A stretch of 64,000 nucleotides of DNA, taken from contig OZ024750.1 of the NCBI GenBank assembly GCA_964016885.1, positions 9,982,001 through 10,046,000 on the forward strand, given 5' to 3'. Shown here one piece after another: positions 28,222 through 58,594 of this stretch (the stretch's first letter is position 1; each line of letters opens with the position of its first letter). The notes under the pieces are model-generated. The model worked only from the letters and a program-made list of their open reading frames with translations. It was not told the origin of the DNA and ran no database searches. This DNA comes from Eledone cirrhosa. Lineage: Eukaryota. Position numbers and translations under genes: made by a program.

Positions 28222-30386
28222 CCATCATCATATAAAATGTACATATGTGTTGGAAACTGAAATTCGAATTTCACGTCTCCGATCTGTCTACTTGAAACTC
28301 GGAGTAATGAAGTTTTTATCTTCCAATAAATATTATGTATGTTCTACATTTTGTATTTAGTACTCTCTCTTCTCTTTGTAAATTTCCCTCCAGCCAATAA
28401 GTTTAGCTAGAAGACATCTCTCGAACGTAAAAAACACGTTACCAAGAGAAACAAACAAACAATGCGCTTGACGTGTCAATGAGGAAACCTCTACGTCGTC
28501 GTTTGATGTGCTAAAAATACCAGCCAAATCTTCCTCTCCTCTGTATCTTCTTTTTTTTTTTTAAATAAAGCACGATGTGATTAGATGGTTATTTGATAAT
28601 ATAATATGAGGGACACGTTATGTCTCTAAAAACAAGAAGTGATGGTGGTGCTGTCACGGCTGTAATATCTTTCATCAGATATGATCAACAAACGACAACC
28701 AATGTATTTGTTGTGACATGTTGGTTTTGAGTCACATTAATGACAGCATTATTCTGGCTGAGAGTAAAACACACTGTTACATCTATCACAGCTGTCAGCT
28801 ATATTTCGTCGCCAATTAAAATGATTGTGACACAAGTCTGCCAGTGCCAACCATTTCACGATCTATCTATAGAAGTTACGAGATTACGTTGTTGTGACGT
28901 ACACATCCACTCAGCACTTGAAACTGTCAAAATACTCTTATGATACTAGTTGTGATAGGACACCATTATTGCCGAGGTTAACTTTGCCTTTCATCCTTAC
29001 AGGTTCGATAAAATGAAGTACCAGTAATGCACTGAGATAATTGCTGGCCTTGTGCCAACAGTAGAAACAATTATTACAGGGCACCATTTAACAAGTAAAG
29101 ACTGAAATATATATTTTAGACTTATGTGTATGTTCGCAATATAGTTGTAGTTATGACACAGTAGACAAGCTTAGAATAGTGTAACTCTTTCATTACCATA
29201 TTTCTAATGAAAGACTGCTCGTAATTTCCAAATAATTTTGAAAAATCATTAAGAATTTGAATAGATTTAGTAATATAATTAAGTTTCTTCTTATTAAGCT
29301 GGTGTTTGGACCATAGCAAAGATTCTTACATAAAATTATGATGGAAGCTTTCTTAAAATAAATATACACACATTGAAGTAAACAGCTTTATATTGTAGAA
29401 TCTGGGGCATATTCAACCGAGGAGGGAGGGGTTTGTACCAAAATGAGATCACAAGGTGGCTTGCACCTGGGATTCTACATGGCAGAGAGCATTCTCCCAC
29501 ACTGTATCAGATTTGATTGAGTATTCCTTCTCATGTTTCTGTTATATTTAAATTTGCTGTTGTGAAAATTAACCATTTATTGTAAAATCACTTAACCTTT
29601 AACTTTACAAAATACTTCAGCAATCCTGATATAGTCACCGCTTCCATCTCTCTTGCTCTCCCCATCTCTCACTATTTTAACAAATGGGGGCCCATGCACT
29701 AGCCACCCCATGGCCTTGGTGGACAGAATAGAAAAGGCATTTCCCTGGAGGATGCTGAACAAGACATGTTGGAAGAGCCATTCCAGCTCGGAAATTATTA
29801 ATGCAAACAAACATAATTGGTCAACTATAAAACAGCTCAGTTTCTGGTGTTCAATCAATAAAGACTTTACCTCACATAATATTGAATCTATGAGATTTTT
29901 ATATTTATTTGGAGAACAATACCTTAACAACAGTATGAGCAGCTGGTTATGGCCAGGTTCAACAGAAAGAGGCGAGAGAAATTATGGCTGGATAGAGGGT
30001 TAAGGGAAGCAATTTGATACTCTGGTTGAATCATCTTTATAGTAAGTAGATGTCTATCTTTCTTGGAGTCACCTAGACTGACAGTTACTTTGTTTGATTT
30101 TGTTGACAGCTCAGTCAAAGTGATTTATGTATTAAAGGTCGGCAGTTTTCATTGGTCAATTACATATCAACAGCAAAAAAAAAGAAAAAAGCCAGGTTTG
30201 CTGAATCAGGGTCAATAGAACTACTATTACATGATTTCCCTACAGAGAGAGAGAGGGGGCTGTAAAAACTGGATGGAATTGAAGATACAAGGGTCAACTT
30301 ATCGAAAAGCTTGCATCATAATTGCAATATTTGGATGCAAGGAGTAGGTCAGTGAAGTAATCAACAAGACAGAGGTTTTTAACTCT

Positions 30387-31012
30387 GGGGCAAAAGTGGT
30401 GACACCAGTGGAAGGTTGTTACCACTCAGGCAAAAGTGGAAACACCACTAGGAGTTTGTTACCACTGGGGCAAAAGTGATGATACCAGTGGAAGGTTGTT
30501 ACCACTCAGGTAAAAGTGGAAACACCACTAGGAGTTTGTTACCACTGGGGCAAAAGTGATGATACCAGTGGAAGGTTTTTACCACGAGAGCAAAAGTTGA
30601 GACACCAGTGGGAGGTTATTACAACCGGGGCAAAAGTGGAGACACCACTAGGAGTTTGTTACCACTGGGGCAAAAGTGGAGACACCACTAGGAGGTTGTT
30701 ACCACAAGGGCAAAAGTTGAAACACCACTGGGAGGTTGTTACCACGAGGGCAAAAGTTGAGATACCACTAGGAGGTTGTTACCACGAAGGCAAAAACTGA
30801 GATACCATTGGGAGGTTGTTACCACTGGGGCAAAAGTTGAGACACCATTGGGAGGTTGTTACCATGAAGGCAAAAATTGAGATACCACTTGGAGGTTGCT
30901 ACCATGAGGGCAAAAGTTGAGACAGCACTGGGAGGTTGTTACCACTGGGGCAAAAGTGGAGACACCACTGGGAGGTTGTTACCATGAGGGCAAAAGTGGA
31001 GACACCAGTGGA
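30387..31012. repeat. 40-bp minisatellite, ~15.7 diverged copies
   Basis: Unit GGGGCAAAAGTGGAGACACCACTGGGAGGTTGTTACCACT. Confidence 0.97.
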
Positions 31013-31272
31013 AGAATGAGCTACACTGATTTTCATTCCAGCCATGCAGAAATTCATACAAGATTAACATACAAAAATATAAAACAAAATTTTTAAAAAA
31101 TGACTGCACAATTAAATGTATTGAAATAACTAAATTTATTTAATTTTAAAAATATGAGTATGAGGAAATTATAATGTTTCTAATATTGCCTTAAAATTTA
31201 ATGAAAAATTGAACAGAAAGACTGTTCTAGAATCAACTAAACTCAGCTTAATTACATTCAGATCAGTGGAGC

Positions 31273-48086
<16,814 letters not shown>

Positions 48087-48618
48087 TATGTCTCTTTCGT
48101 TCTCTCTCTCGCAGATCCAAATCACTGTTTACAATCCCATTATATTTTTCAACACCATTACTGTATAAGTCAACATACGTTGCTATAGAGACTGATAAAT
48201 AATACATCAAATCACTTATTTTACTCCTTAGTTTCGTATTCATGATTGTCAACTAGCTTTTCTGGTTGTATTAGTTTCGTATGTATAATTTTCATATTTT
48301 CTTTCGCTGTGTAGGCATGGCTTACTGGTTAAAAAGTTCGCTTTTGCAATCATCAAGCCTCGGGTTCGTTTCCGCTCACTGTCAGCTTCGGTAAGTGTCT
48401 TTATCGTAGCTTAGAGTCCACCTCGACATTGTGGAATAAAATTCGACAGACAGGAATATTCAGAAGCCGCCTGTGTCGCGCTGGATTATCCTGAGAATTT
48501 CCTTTAGGGTTTCGTGTCTATGAAATGTGCAACAATTTCCTTGTTAAATCCCGAATTGGACATTCAGTTGATCAGACAACTGAATGTCCATTGACGAAAT
48601 TGACAGAGGATCCTTGGT

Positions 48619-48768
48619 CATTTCTGTAGAGGGGGTACCCTCTCTTGAGTGGAGCTGTCTGAAACATTTCTGTAGAGGGCTGTCCTTTCTATGAATGGAG
48701 TGGTGCTGTCCGAAACATTTCTGTGGAGGGGTGTCCTCTTTATGAGTGGTGCTGTCTGAAACATTTCT
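48619..48768. repeat. ~46-bp tandem repeat, 3+ copies
   Basis: CATTTCTGTAGAGGG...GAGTGGTGCTGTCTGAAA. Confidence 0.85.
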
Positions 48769-48795
48769 AGATGAGAATACCAACATCCTTTATAT

Positions 48796-48934
48796 CAGTC
48801 ATGGGCAAACTGCGACCCGTGAGCCGCCCGTTTGGTACGCCTAATTTCAAAATTGCCTTGAAATTTTTCGTAGTACGGCCCACTTCACGATGAGCCACAT
48901 CCTATGCGGCTCTACTCGAAAATGTTCATATCTG
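48796..48934. mobile_element. hAT (Charlie-like) MITE, degenerate
   Basis: CAGTCATGGGCAAACTGCGACCCG start, internal GCGGC/CGGCCC motifs, degenerate TGTTCATATCTG end. Confidence 0.45.
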
Positions 48935-51761
48935 CTCTGTAATTGAGAGACTGTGCATGTTTTTTACTTTTTACTCCACAATAACAACAGACAACTAATC
49001 AGAGTTGATTTAGGATCAACAGGTAAGAGCTGACTTGGTATCATCATCACCATCGCAGTTTAACGTCTCGTTTTCCACGTTTGCATGGGTTAGACGTGTT
49101 GTTGCATTATGAGACAAAACAATAGTGACAACCAGTAGTCAGGGCTGGTGTTACCATTAAACCAATACATGAAGAATTATTAAATAATTCCCTTCACAGT
49201 TCAAACTAGTGGGATTTGATTGAGAGGATGGTAAACGGTCAGACGATATCACAATGGTAAGCCCCAAATCTAAGATGTGACATGTAGTAGCAATCTGGTG
49301 CATTCAGCAACAGACCCAGCCTTCGTTGCCCAACAAGCTGAAGATTGCAAGCTGTTGAAGTATCGACTGTTTTTCGATAGTTTTTCTTGTTTCCATTGAA
49401 CCTGTAACGAAGACTTTTAGGGTTCTTAGTCCCTATACCATCTACCTACTTACTGCTATCGGGACAGAGTTGGCCACCCACAGGAATAAGCCCGACATGG
49501 AGGAATGGCTATGTCAATGTGTTCCCTTCGTTATTCTCCGGGGAAATGTTTTCTTCATACTGTTTGCTGAGACCAAAAGGCGGCTGGCACCTCACCTTGA
49601 GTTCTACACGCCAGAGACTGTTTTCCCACATTGTATCATGGCGTTCGTATCATTGGGATAGTAATGTTATAGGTTGCTGATATCTACGGCATCAGTCAAC
49701 ACACAAACATTAAAAAGAAAATAAATAATTAACAATAAAAGAAATTATAAAAGAAAGCTGCACTAAGTGAAAATACCATTAAGTTACAACATATTTCCGT
49801 GTTTTAGGAAAGCCTGTACAACGCAAGTTAGAAATAAAAGAATGGAAACATATTTAAAAGTAAAAGACAATAACAGTTAACACTTTTACCATATGTTTCT
49901 GCCATTAAAGTCGGGCTTACGGTGATGTTCATAATGGTGCTTCGCTATTCCAGCAACTTTACCTCGCTATCACCAACGGAAATGCTCTGATTATATTGGA
50001 TTGTCTCAAAAATGTTTATATTGAAACATCACCATTCCTTATTGTAGCATTTAATTGAGTGTGCATCTCTTCTCCTGTATTTTTTTTTCCTTGACTAATT
50101 TCATTTTATAAGTTTTATTTAGAATATATATTGATTTGTAAAGAAAAAAATTAAATCATATTTTGAAATATATGGTAAAGATGTAAACTTGTTTTGTCTT
50201 TACTTCCGCTACCCCCTTCTTGTATTGGATCTCCTAAAATAATATGGCACATGTCTCACAATACTTTCTATATACTATAATACTTTATCATGTCAACTAC
50301 GTTGCCTGACTGGTGAAAAGGAACCATGTGAAATCGTGATTGTTTGCTGAGGCGAAGGAAATATACGTATCTTCAGTACATATCTGCAAACAAATTGAAA
50401 TTTCATGTCTACAATCCTTGATCTTTGAACAAATTGTGTCTGAAACGAATTACTTAGCTACCTTAGTTAACATGTTTAGGCCTGACAAAGTATGTTGACT
50501 TCCCAGTACTCAATACTAATTGTTTAAGTTACTACTACGTTCATTCTTTTATTTCAATAAGGAGATGGGGAAGTGTGTTATGACTTTTGAAGTCCCCTTC
50601 CCCGAAAAGATCAACCTGGTCCTTAAGTACCTTTAGTATTTGTAGAGATACAGTAACACCCCACCATCTGGTCCCTGAGTTCATTTAGCATTTACAGTAT
50701 ACCTGTAATTATGTTGATACTAACCTGGCCCAGGCCAAAACTAGCTCTAATTCTATGAAACTAAAGTTAGATTAACATTTTCCAAAGAACCATATTTTAA
50801 GTAATGAAATAATTCATAATTTTAGTAACTTTCTTAAAATTCTCCATTAATTAATTGAAATAGTATTTCATTGGAAATGTGGTCACGAGAAGGTTAAAAC
50901 TATGGGCTAAAAATAATCAGATACTCTGCAGTTTCACTTAATAGTCAGCCATTTTATATACCTTTACAGAAAGATCCCCCCCCCCCCCCAATAATAATGA
51001 AATAAATTTGATACGATTCTCTTTTCGTGCAACTGTTTTTCTGCAGCTGTTCAAGCTGCGTCAGTCTCACCAGGAGGGTTTCAAGTAATAAGACCCTACT
51101 AACTTATTTTAATGGGGATAATCTTTCGATATAGGTATATAAAATAAAATTGAATGTGATGTTCATGGCGTAGACAGTAGCTTAGATCTTACCACTAGTT
51201 GTAGCCACAGAGCTTAATGCCAAAACACTTGCTTGGGGGAGAGGGTGGGGTCTTTGAAGACCTTCAGCTGTCCTCAGAATTTATTTACAACGGAATGTAT
51301 GCTGCCCATGTCGTGAGCAAAAGCTTAAGAGGTCATTGCGTGATCACTCGACCTGCTAAAAATAGCAGCCAGATCTTCAAGTCACAGCTGTATTAAGAAA
51401 GGTGATATTGCATTAAGTAGTCTTAAGGTACAGTGTGCCTTCAAAATAAGGTGAGTTGGATAAAGAAATTCGAAATCAAATCATTCGGAATTTGGCGAAA
51501 AATAAAGTACTTTTAATTTTCGTTTTATTATCCATATAGAAAGTTCCCTTATCAAGGTAGTACTCAATAATGGCAGTGACTTGACCCCCCGTCGGAAATC
51601 TAATTAATTCTCTTAACATCAGTCGGTCTTTAATAAACTTAATAGCTGTGATAATAAAATGAACAAGTTGACTATTTCAATATGTCGTCTTGTGTGGTGA
51701 TTATCTTCCCATTAAACGGTGCGAAGATCTACATTTACTGAGACGCTTTCAAACCAGCAAA

Positions 51762-54700
51762 ATGTCGGCTTCGATCTGTATTGTATTTCTGCTGTTTACA
51801 GCTTCAGTTGTTTGTTGGGGTGAGGATACTTGTTATTCTTATGCTGGTGGTCAGGTTTATCCACAGGAAGATAGGAAATTATCTGGACATACTATTCAGT
51901 GGAGTAAAGCCATAAGTATGTTTTTCTTTATTGTAAACGTGTAACGTGAAAAGTTGCGGTTGGTCATTTCTCTACCAGAACCAAACCGTTTCTTCTCCAC
52001 TACAAATACAACATTTATTCTCTCGCCAACAGTCGTATTTCTGTTGGAATTTAAAGTAAAAAAACATTCAGGAAAAATAGAAAGAAAGAGAAGTAAATTT
52101 GTTGTAAAAGAGAATTTGGTTACCGGCTTTGCCGAATTCCCGTCCCGGTTTCAGTTCCGAGCAAGTATTTTATTAACACAAACATTTAAAATATTCATTT
52201 ATTAATCATTTATTGTTTTATAAATAATATATATAATATAAATGTTGTATCTGTAATAAATTATTGTTAATATAATGTTTATATTTTTTATGTAAATGGA
52301 CAATAACAATAGAAATGAGTTAGAAAATAGCCCCAGCTAATTCAGTGTTTGCAGCTGTGTGATGATAGCTTTATTATTTCGCTGTCTTTCGAGCGACATA
52401 AAATATATTTCAATGGTTAAACTAAATCCTTCCTGAACCTATGACAACGATATTGTACCTTATTTTATTAACCTTTACTGAACTAAGAAACTAAAATATC
52501 TTTGAAAAGAGAACTCTGAATACGGAAATGAAAATATTTCTTCGTCGCATTCACCAGATTCATTTCGCATACCCTTTTACACACATACACGTACATTCAC
52601 ACACACAAGTGCACGCCCACGAGGCGACGAAGAGGAACCCTTGTCCCTAACTTGCACATATACAATGAATCTGACGAGATTGAAACCTATTTGTAATGAG
52701 GGGTCAGCTCTTTATTTGAACCCTTTAAATCAATAATGTAAGGAAATTTATAACGAACGAGCCTCAATGCATTCAGTCGATGTGCTAGAATTAGCAGCCA
52801 ATCTCTCCTTAAATTACCCTCTACCGTTTTTAATAAGAAACAATGTAGATCCCCATTGGTAATGTGATGAAAACACGGGTCTAATGTTTGTCTAAACTCT
52901 AACAACTGCTTATGACTGAAAGAAGGGTAAAATAAGAAAAAGGCTAGTGTCACTAGAGATGCGAACACTCTACCTTGTGGTTATGTTGTATTAGTTGTTA
53001 TTGTTGTAGAGCGCCTAATTAACTTGGATTCTACACACCTATGATGGCTTCCCGCCATCATTAACCCTTAAGAAAAAAGAATACTGTAATTCTGATAACA
53101 TTGTCCTTTTAAGATAGTAAGGTGTTAGGCGATTTGGTTGCTATTTTTAGTAAGTGAAGTGATCTCATTAAAGGTCCCTTCACACGTTTTTCAAATTGAG
53201 TTTGTGAGTTCATCGAGAGTTCACCAAATATGACATCTCAGTCCAAATAGAACTGACCTAGGATTAAAGACTTCAACTGCCACCATTTCTGTTAAGCTCT
53301 ACATCTCGGACATTGTCGCTGATAGTGTTGAATTTGAGGGAATTTGGCTGCTATTTCTAGCAAGTTGTCTGATTGAGTTTATCATCATTTTATGTCCGTT
53401 TTCTCTAGTTTGGACACATCGTTCTGGGTTCATATCCCACCAGTCAACGTAAGCTTTCCTATTTGCAGTGCAGTAAATAACATAACTAACAGTCAAGTAT
53501 TGGGTATTAAGAATCGTCTTACATCCCACGGTCGTCTTCGGACTATATTACAAGCACTCGTTGAGTTTTCTAGAAACAGAAGCCAAATTTTCCTCGAATT
53601 ACGTTTTAAAAAAGGGAAGGAGACATCCGATATTGTAGTTCTAGATACATTATGTCTGAAGGGAAGTGAACCTGCTTAGAAGAGGGTTGTGATGGGTGTA
53701 ATTATAGCTGTGGACCTGCTAGATGAGGGCTGTGATGGGTAGAGTTACGGCTGTGGACCTGCTTAGATGAGGGCGGTGATGTTTAGTGTCTTTCTATCTA
53801 CACTGTTTTAAATGTCAAGATGATCTAACGTATGCTTGGTTCCCATGCCAGAGTTTTTATCTTGATTTGCTACAGACTTGTTTATGCAGATACACATTAA
53901 TATTTTAGATACAGCTTTAACTGTGGGATCGACCCTTCATTAACTGATAAAATAATAATAATAATTTCTGATTTAAGCACAAGGCCAGCAATTTTGGGGG
54001 GAGGGGAAAGTCGATTAAATCGACCCTAGTGCGTTACTGGTATTTTATTTTTATCGATTCCATAATTTCTTAGAAAGTCACAAGGCCAGAAAATGGGGGG
54101 GGGGGGGTAATCGTTTCTAGTGTTTCACTGGTGCTTTGTTTTGTTGACCCTGGATTAATAAAAGGCTAAGTAAATGTTGCTGGGATTTGAACTCAGAACG
54201 TAGAACAAATACCGAAAAGTAGTTCTCCCTACGCTCTAACGGTTTTTCCTATATAATATAACATACGCGACACACACATGTATATATATATATATATATA
54301 TATTTCAAAGCCATTCATTAATGTAAATAAAACCTTTAGGTTAGCCTTTGAAATACTGCCACGTGTTGAAATATGTCGACAGACGCTATTATGTGGCTGG
54401 CTGTCACATTATATACACACAAACATATACATACACATATAATATATACAATATTATATATAATTGACCTTCTCTAATACCTGTAGAATTGACTCCTCTC
54501 TCTTTTGTTTGTATTGTTTACCAACATGATAAATGAGGCGAAATATATTACACAGATGTTTAATTGTTCGCCTCACCAGCTAAACTCTATATTTAATATT
54601 TTATGTTAATAAATTTATAATAATTTTTCATAATTTTATCATGATTTTTCATAAAATTATTCATCAACATATATTCTGACAAGTATTCCATCAATCCATT

Positions 54701-57700
54701 ATTCTTTTAGAAAAGAAATGTTTATCTAATGGTTTGTTCTTGCAGATTTCTTAAATATTTCAATAATTGTTTCTACTTTAGGCACAAGGCCAGCAATTAT
54801 CCAGTGCATTACTGGTACTTTATTTTATCAATAATGCGTACTTTCTTTATTTTGGAGGATGACCGGATGCGATTAGAGGGTCGATTTAGCTGATGTTTTT
54901 ACTACGTAGAGTCTGTCTGGTTGGTTGCTGTTATTTAGCCTGGCCAGATGTTTCATGGCCACAGCTGGTGAAACACTGATCATATCAACCGACTTAAAGT
55001 TATCACAGTTATAATCACGAATGTAAATATTTTCCGTCTTTTAAATACAAACCTACTAAGTGATGAATATAGTTGAAATAACCTATACCCCGGCAAGCTT
55101 TTTTTTTTTTTAAATCTAACTTCACATTTCGATAATAAAAGTATTGTTGTAATTTATCGTCTAGCTTTGTCTTTCATCCTTACGGAGTCGATAAGATAAA
55201 ATACCAGTAACGCACTGGGGTCGCTTTAATCGACTTACCCCTCCCCCAAGAATTGTCCATGTGCCTAAATCTGAAACCATTACTTTGCCTTTCATCCTTA
55301 CGGGGTCGATAAAATAAAGTACCAGTAATGAACTAGGTAATTGCTGGCCTTGTGCCTAAAGTAGAAACAATTATTATTATTGTTTATTACAGTTCAATTG
55401 AAAGTATTAAAAAAGGGAGAGGGTTACTTTTTTAAAATCTAATCATATTTTGATATGAAGATTAGATAGTACGTCAGTTATACTCCTCCCTAATTTGTGA
55501 AAACTCGTGGTCTGTTAGTTAGTGCTGGACTCAGGACCATGAATTCGTGGGTTCGATTCATGGACTGGGGCGGCATTGTGTCTTTGAGCAAGATAACTCA
55601 TTTTCCGTTTATCAACTGGATAAACAAAAGATAGCGAGCAGCAGCTGGGAGTTAGACCTTAAACAAGCTGATACTTTCATGAAGCTGGAATAAATACCGC
55701 GAGGTATTTTGTCCTACGCCGTCTGACTTGATTTGAAAGCTATATATAATACATTACTTCCTACAATTATGTCGTGGAAATCTTTTAATCTGATCTATCC
55801 GTCGTTCCATATATTTCATATGAAGCTTGTGGACTGTCTATAAGGGGGAACAACTCTGATGAGTTTCCTGGATTCGCTTTAGATTCTTTTACCTCCACAT
55901 TAACTTCAAATCTTACACTTACCTTTTTTCAAAATCTATTAATACATGAAAGATAACATCAGATTCCAGTTGGGGCTTTCAAATCTTTGAATTAGGTTAG
56001 GTAAGATTTAGTAGTAATCATTATATGGAAAAGGGTTAGAGTGGTGGATTGGCAGAATATAAGTTTAAATTCAGTTTTATCTTTCATCCTTCTGGGGATA
56101 ATAAAATACCAGTCATATACTGATCTCCACCACTCTCACCAAATTTCTAGCCTTGTTAGAAACAATTTTATCTTGAAATGGAAAAAAAAAATGTTTCTTG
56201 GGTGTTTTAATGATAGGGGTCTCAGTCCTATCAGCTGAAGAACAATGTGTCACCCAATCAAAACCACGATTATGAGACCAACAGCCTCTATTGACATGAG
56301 TTAAAAATTATATTTTCTTTCCCAGTTTCCAAGCCAGCCCCTGAATGGAATGGTACAGCTGTGATTAATGGCAAGTTTGAAGAAATCAGTCTCAAAAGTT
56401 TCCGAGGCAGATATCTTGTCTTATTCTTTTATCCACTTGACTTGTAAGTTTTGTTTGATCTTCGTATATTTTTTGTTGTATTCTAGTTGAATCAATGAGG
56501 TGAGAGTAAACTATAGTTAATTCTGGTTTAACCCATTCTTTACCCAACTGAGTTCTACTTTGCCTTTCAGGGTCAATAAAATAAATTATCAGTTGCAAGG
56601 TGGTGCATTTACAGACATGTCAGAACATCAAATGAGATGTTTTGTGGTATGTGTTCCATCTCTTTGTAATTTGAGTTCAAATCCTGCTGTAACTGCCTTG
56701 GGTGGTAAATATAATTTATACTCAGTTTGATATCACCACCTAGTCCTTGGATGTCTTTAGAGTCCTTTCTGGTATCAGAGCTCTAGTTTGATGATTATTC
56801 CCTAAATAAACCTAGATATGATTTTTGTAAGACAATGCTTCTCATATTATCCTACTGTGAGTAAATGTATTAAGATATTTTTCAATTATATTTCAGTACA
56901 TTTGTATGTCCAACAGAAATAATAGCTTTCAGTGACAGAATTAAAGAATTTAAAGCTATAAATACTACTGTGGTTGCCTGCTCTGTTGACTCTCATTTCA
57001 CCCACTTAGCATGGTAAGTCAGTTAACTATAATAATATAGGATAGTATGGTAGTTAGTTTAGATGTAATCACATTTGATGTGCTCATTGAATCAATACAA
57101 TCAGTCACAAGGAATATTCAGTTTTGTCATGTAGACAACTTCTATAGTGCTGATACTACAATAAAATGCATCCAGTACACTCTGTAAGATGATTGGTTAT
57201 AGAAAGAGCTATCCAGCTGTAGAAACCATGCCAAAACTGGAATGTAATTAAGCAAGATGTGGGTCTTCAGTCTGTTAGTGAGATAACAAATATTGACTTG
57301 GTCTGCAATGACTCATCCAACCCATGCCATTATAGAAAAGTCTACATTAAATGATGATTGTACACTTTATATAAAGCTTTCTATATACAAATGTTACGGC
57401 CTGCAGCACGTTACCAACATGACTACCATGCTTTGACATTGTGTAAACCGGTTTTTCAACTTGTTTAAATATTTCCCAACAAATTATAATGCAGTTTACA
57501 GTGTATTTGTGTCCTATGTACATCTAAAAATGTTTAAAATTACAAAAGGGCTTTCTAACCACTGTGTATACCGAGAAAATTGATTTTTCTTTGCAACTAG
57601 AGTAAGCACTTGCTATTGAATATCATTAAATATATTTGAACCTACTAACAGGCAATCCTGTTATATATGAAGTTAATGTGTTATTAGTTCACTATTTTCA

Positions 57701-58590
57701 TTGGTAAAATACGTAAGCTGTCTCTTTTACCCTGTATATATATTACATATTAATTAACAGACTACCTTCTCTTCAGATATCACTATAAACACTGCTGGTA
57801 AAATGTTTAATTGCAGGATCAATACACCACGAAACAAAGGAGGTTTAGGACCTCTCAATATTCCACTGCTGTCTGACCTGACACATGAAATCTCTAAATC
57901 TCATGGTGTATTCTTGCAGAATCTTGGCCATAGTTTACGGTGAGTAATGCTTGACTCTGATATTTTGTATTTCTAACAAAATTGACCCTGTTGCTAATGG
58001 AGTCTTTGATATTTTCAGTGGTTTGTTTATCATTGATGCCAAGGGAATTCTACGTCAGATCACAATGAATGATCTACCAGTTGGTCGATCGGTTGATGAA
58101 ACATTACGTCTGGTGCAAGCCTTTCAGTACACAGATAGTCATGGAGAGGTGTGTCCAGCAGGCTGGAAACCTGGTGGTGATACAGTGAGTCAGAAATTTT
58201 TATTAAATTTTCTTCCTTTATACATTTACTATCCCCCACCCATTTCCGCTATAGTCCACAACATACTTTTACTTATTACATGCATCCTGCTCTAGGATTC
58301 TCTCCCCACCTTGGATAGGAAGGAAACCCAGTACTCTGCCAACCTCATGTACGTAATGAATGATGCATTAAGTCTGTAATAGTCCAAATTATGCTTACTA
58401 AATGATTTTGTATCACTTTCTGAAGACAATGCTGTCTATAAGCGAAGCAGATCATCAGTTACTGCCCTTTTGTTTATTACTCTTCTTACACCAAAATGAC
58501 AAAATATTTTGTGGATTTTTCATTTTTCAGATCATCCCAGACCCAACTAACAAGTTGAAGTATTTTGAAAAAGCCAACAAATCTAATTAA
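51762..58590 (+). CDS. PRDX4: Peroxiredoxin-4 (typical 2-Cys peroxiredoxin with signal peptide), 245 aa
   Basis: Exons 51762-51915, 56326-56443, 56897-57013, 57817-57939, 58019-58184, 58531-58590 (738 nt). Hydrophobic signal peptide, Prx4-specific [11 protein letters not shown], peroxidatic [18 protein letters not shown], resolving [10 protein letters not shown]-terminal YF motif. Confidence 0.97.
53960..55375. mobile_element. Several SINE family A copies/fragments in PRDX4 intron 1 (53965-54060 -, 54080-54245 -, 54764-54830 -, 55162-55280 +, 55282-55373 +)
   Basis: Shared GCACAAGGCCAGCAAT...TTACTGGTACTTTATTTTATCG core. Further fragments at ~13830-13900, 16827-16930, 18715-18825, 28971-29073, 38805-38935 and 56038-56115. 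Confidence 0.75.
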
Positions 58591-58594
58591 TAAA
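58589..58594 (+). terminator. Candidate polyadenylation signal of PRDX4 overlapping the stop codon
   Basis: TAATAAA (stop TAA + AATAAA) followed by a T-rich downstream tract. Confidence 0.5.

Larger units (their letters stand above)
26600..28520 (-). promoter_or_regulatory. Putative promoter region of the SENP6/7-like gene
   Basis: CpG-retaining patch; ETS-like CTTCCGG at ~26744 and ~27255; YY1-like AAAATGGCG at ~26940; unpaired splice donors. Confidence 0.35.

Noticed and set aside
29592-30340. ORFs 29592-29930 and 29653-30003
   Set aside because: No recognisable protein or splice structure; faint endonuclease-like remnants suggest decayed LINE DNA, too weak to call
30387-31012. CRISPR-like array or repeat-protein ORF (30516-30800)
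   Set aside because: No unique spacers; the 40-bp period is not a multiple of 3 and the frame hits stops
48957-49022. Possible upstream PRDX4 first exon ending at CAG|GTAAGA
   Set aside because: The nearby ATG (48957) is out of frame for a phase-1 join to exon 2; no other support
52672-52705. CTGACGA-gatt-GAAA hammerhead-like string
   Set aside because: Stems I and II cannot form convincingly; single copy
55843-55868. CTGATGA within a small hairpin
   Set aside because: No downstream GAAA/UH; not a hammerhead
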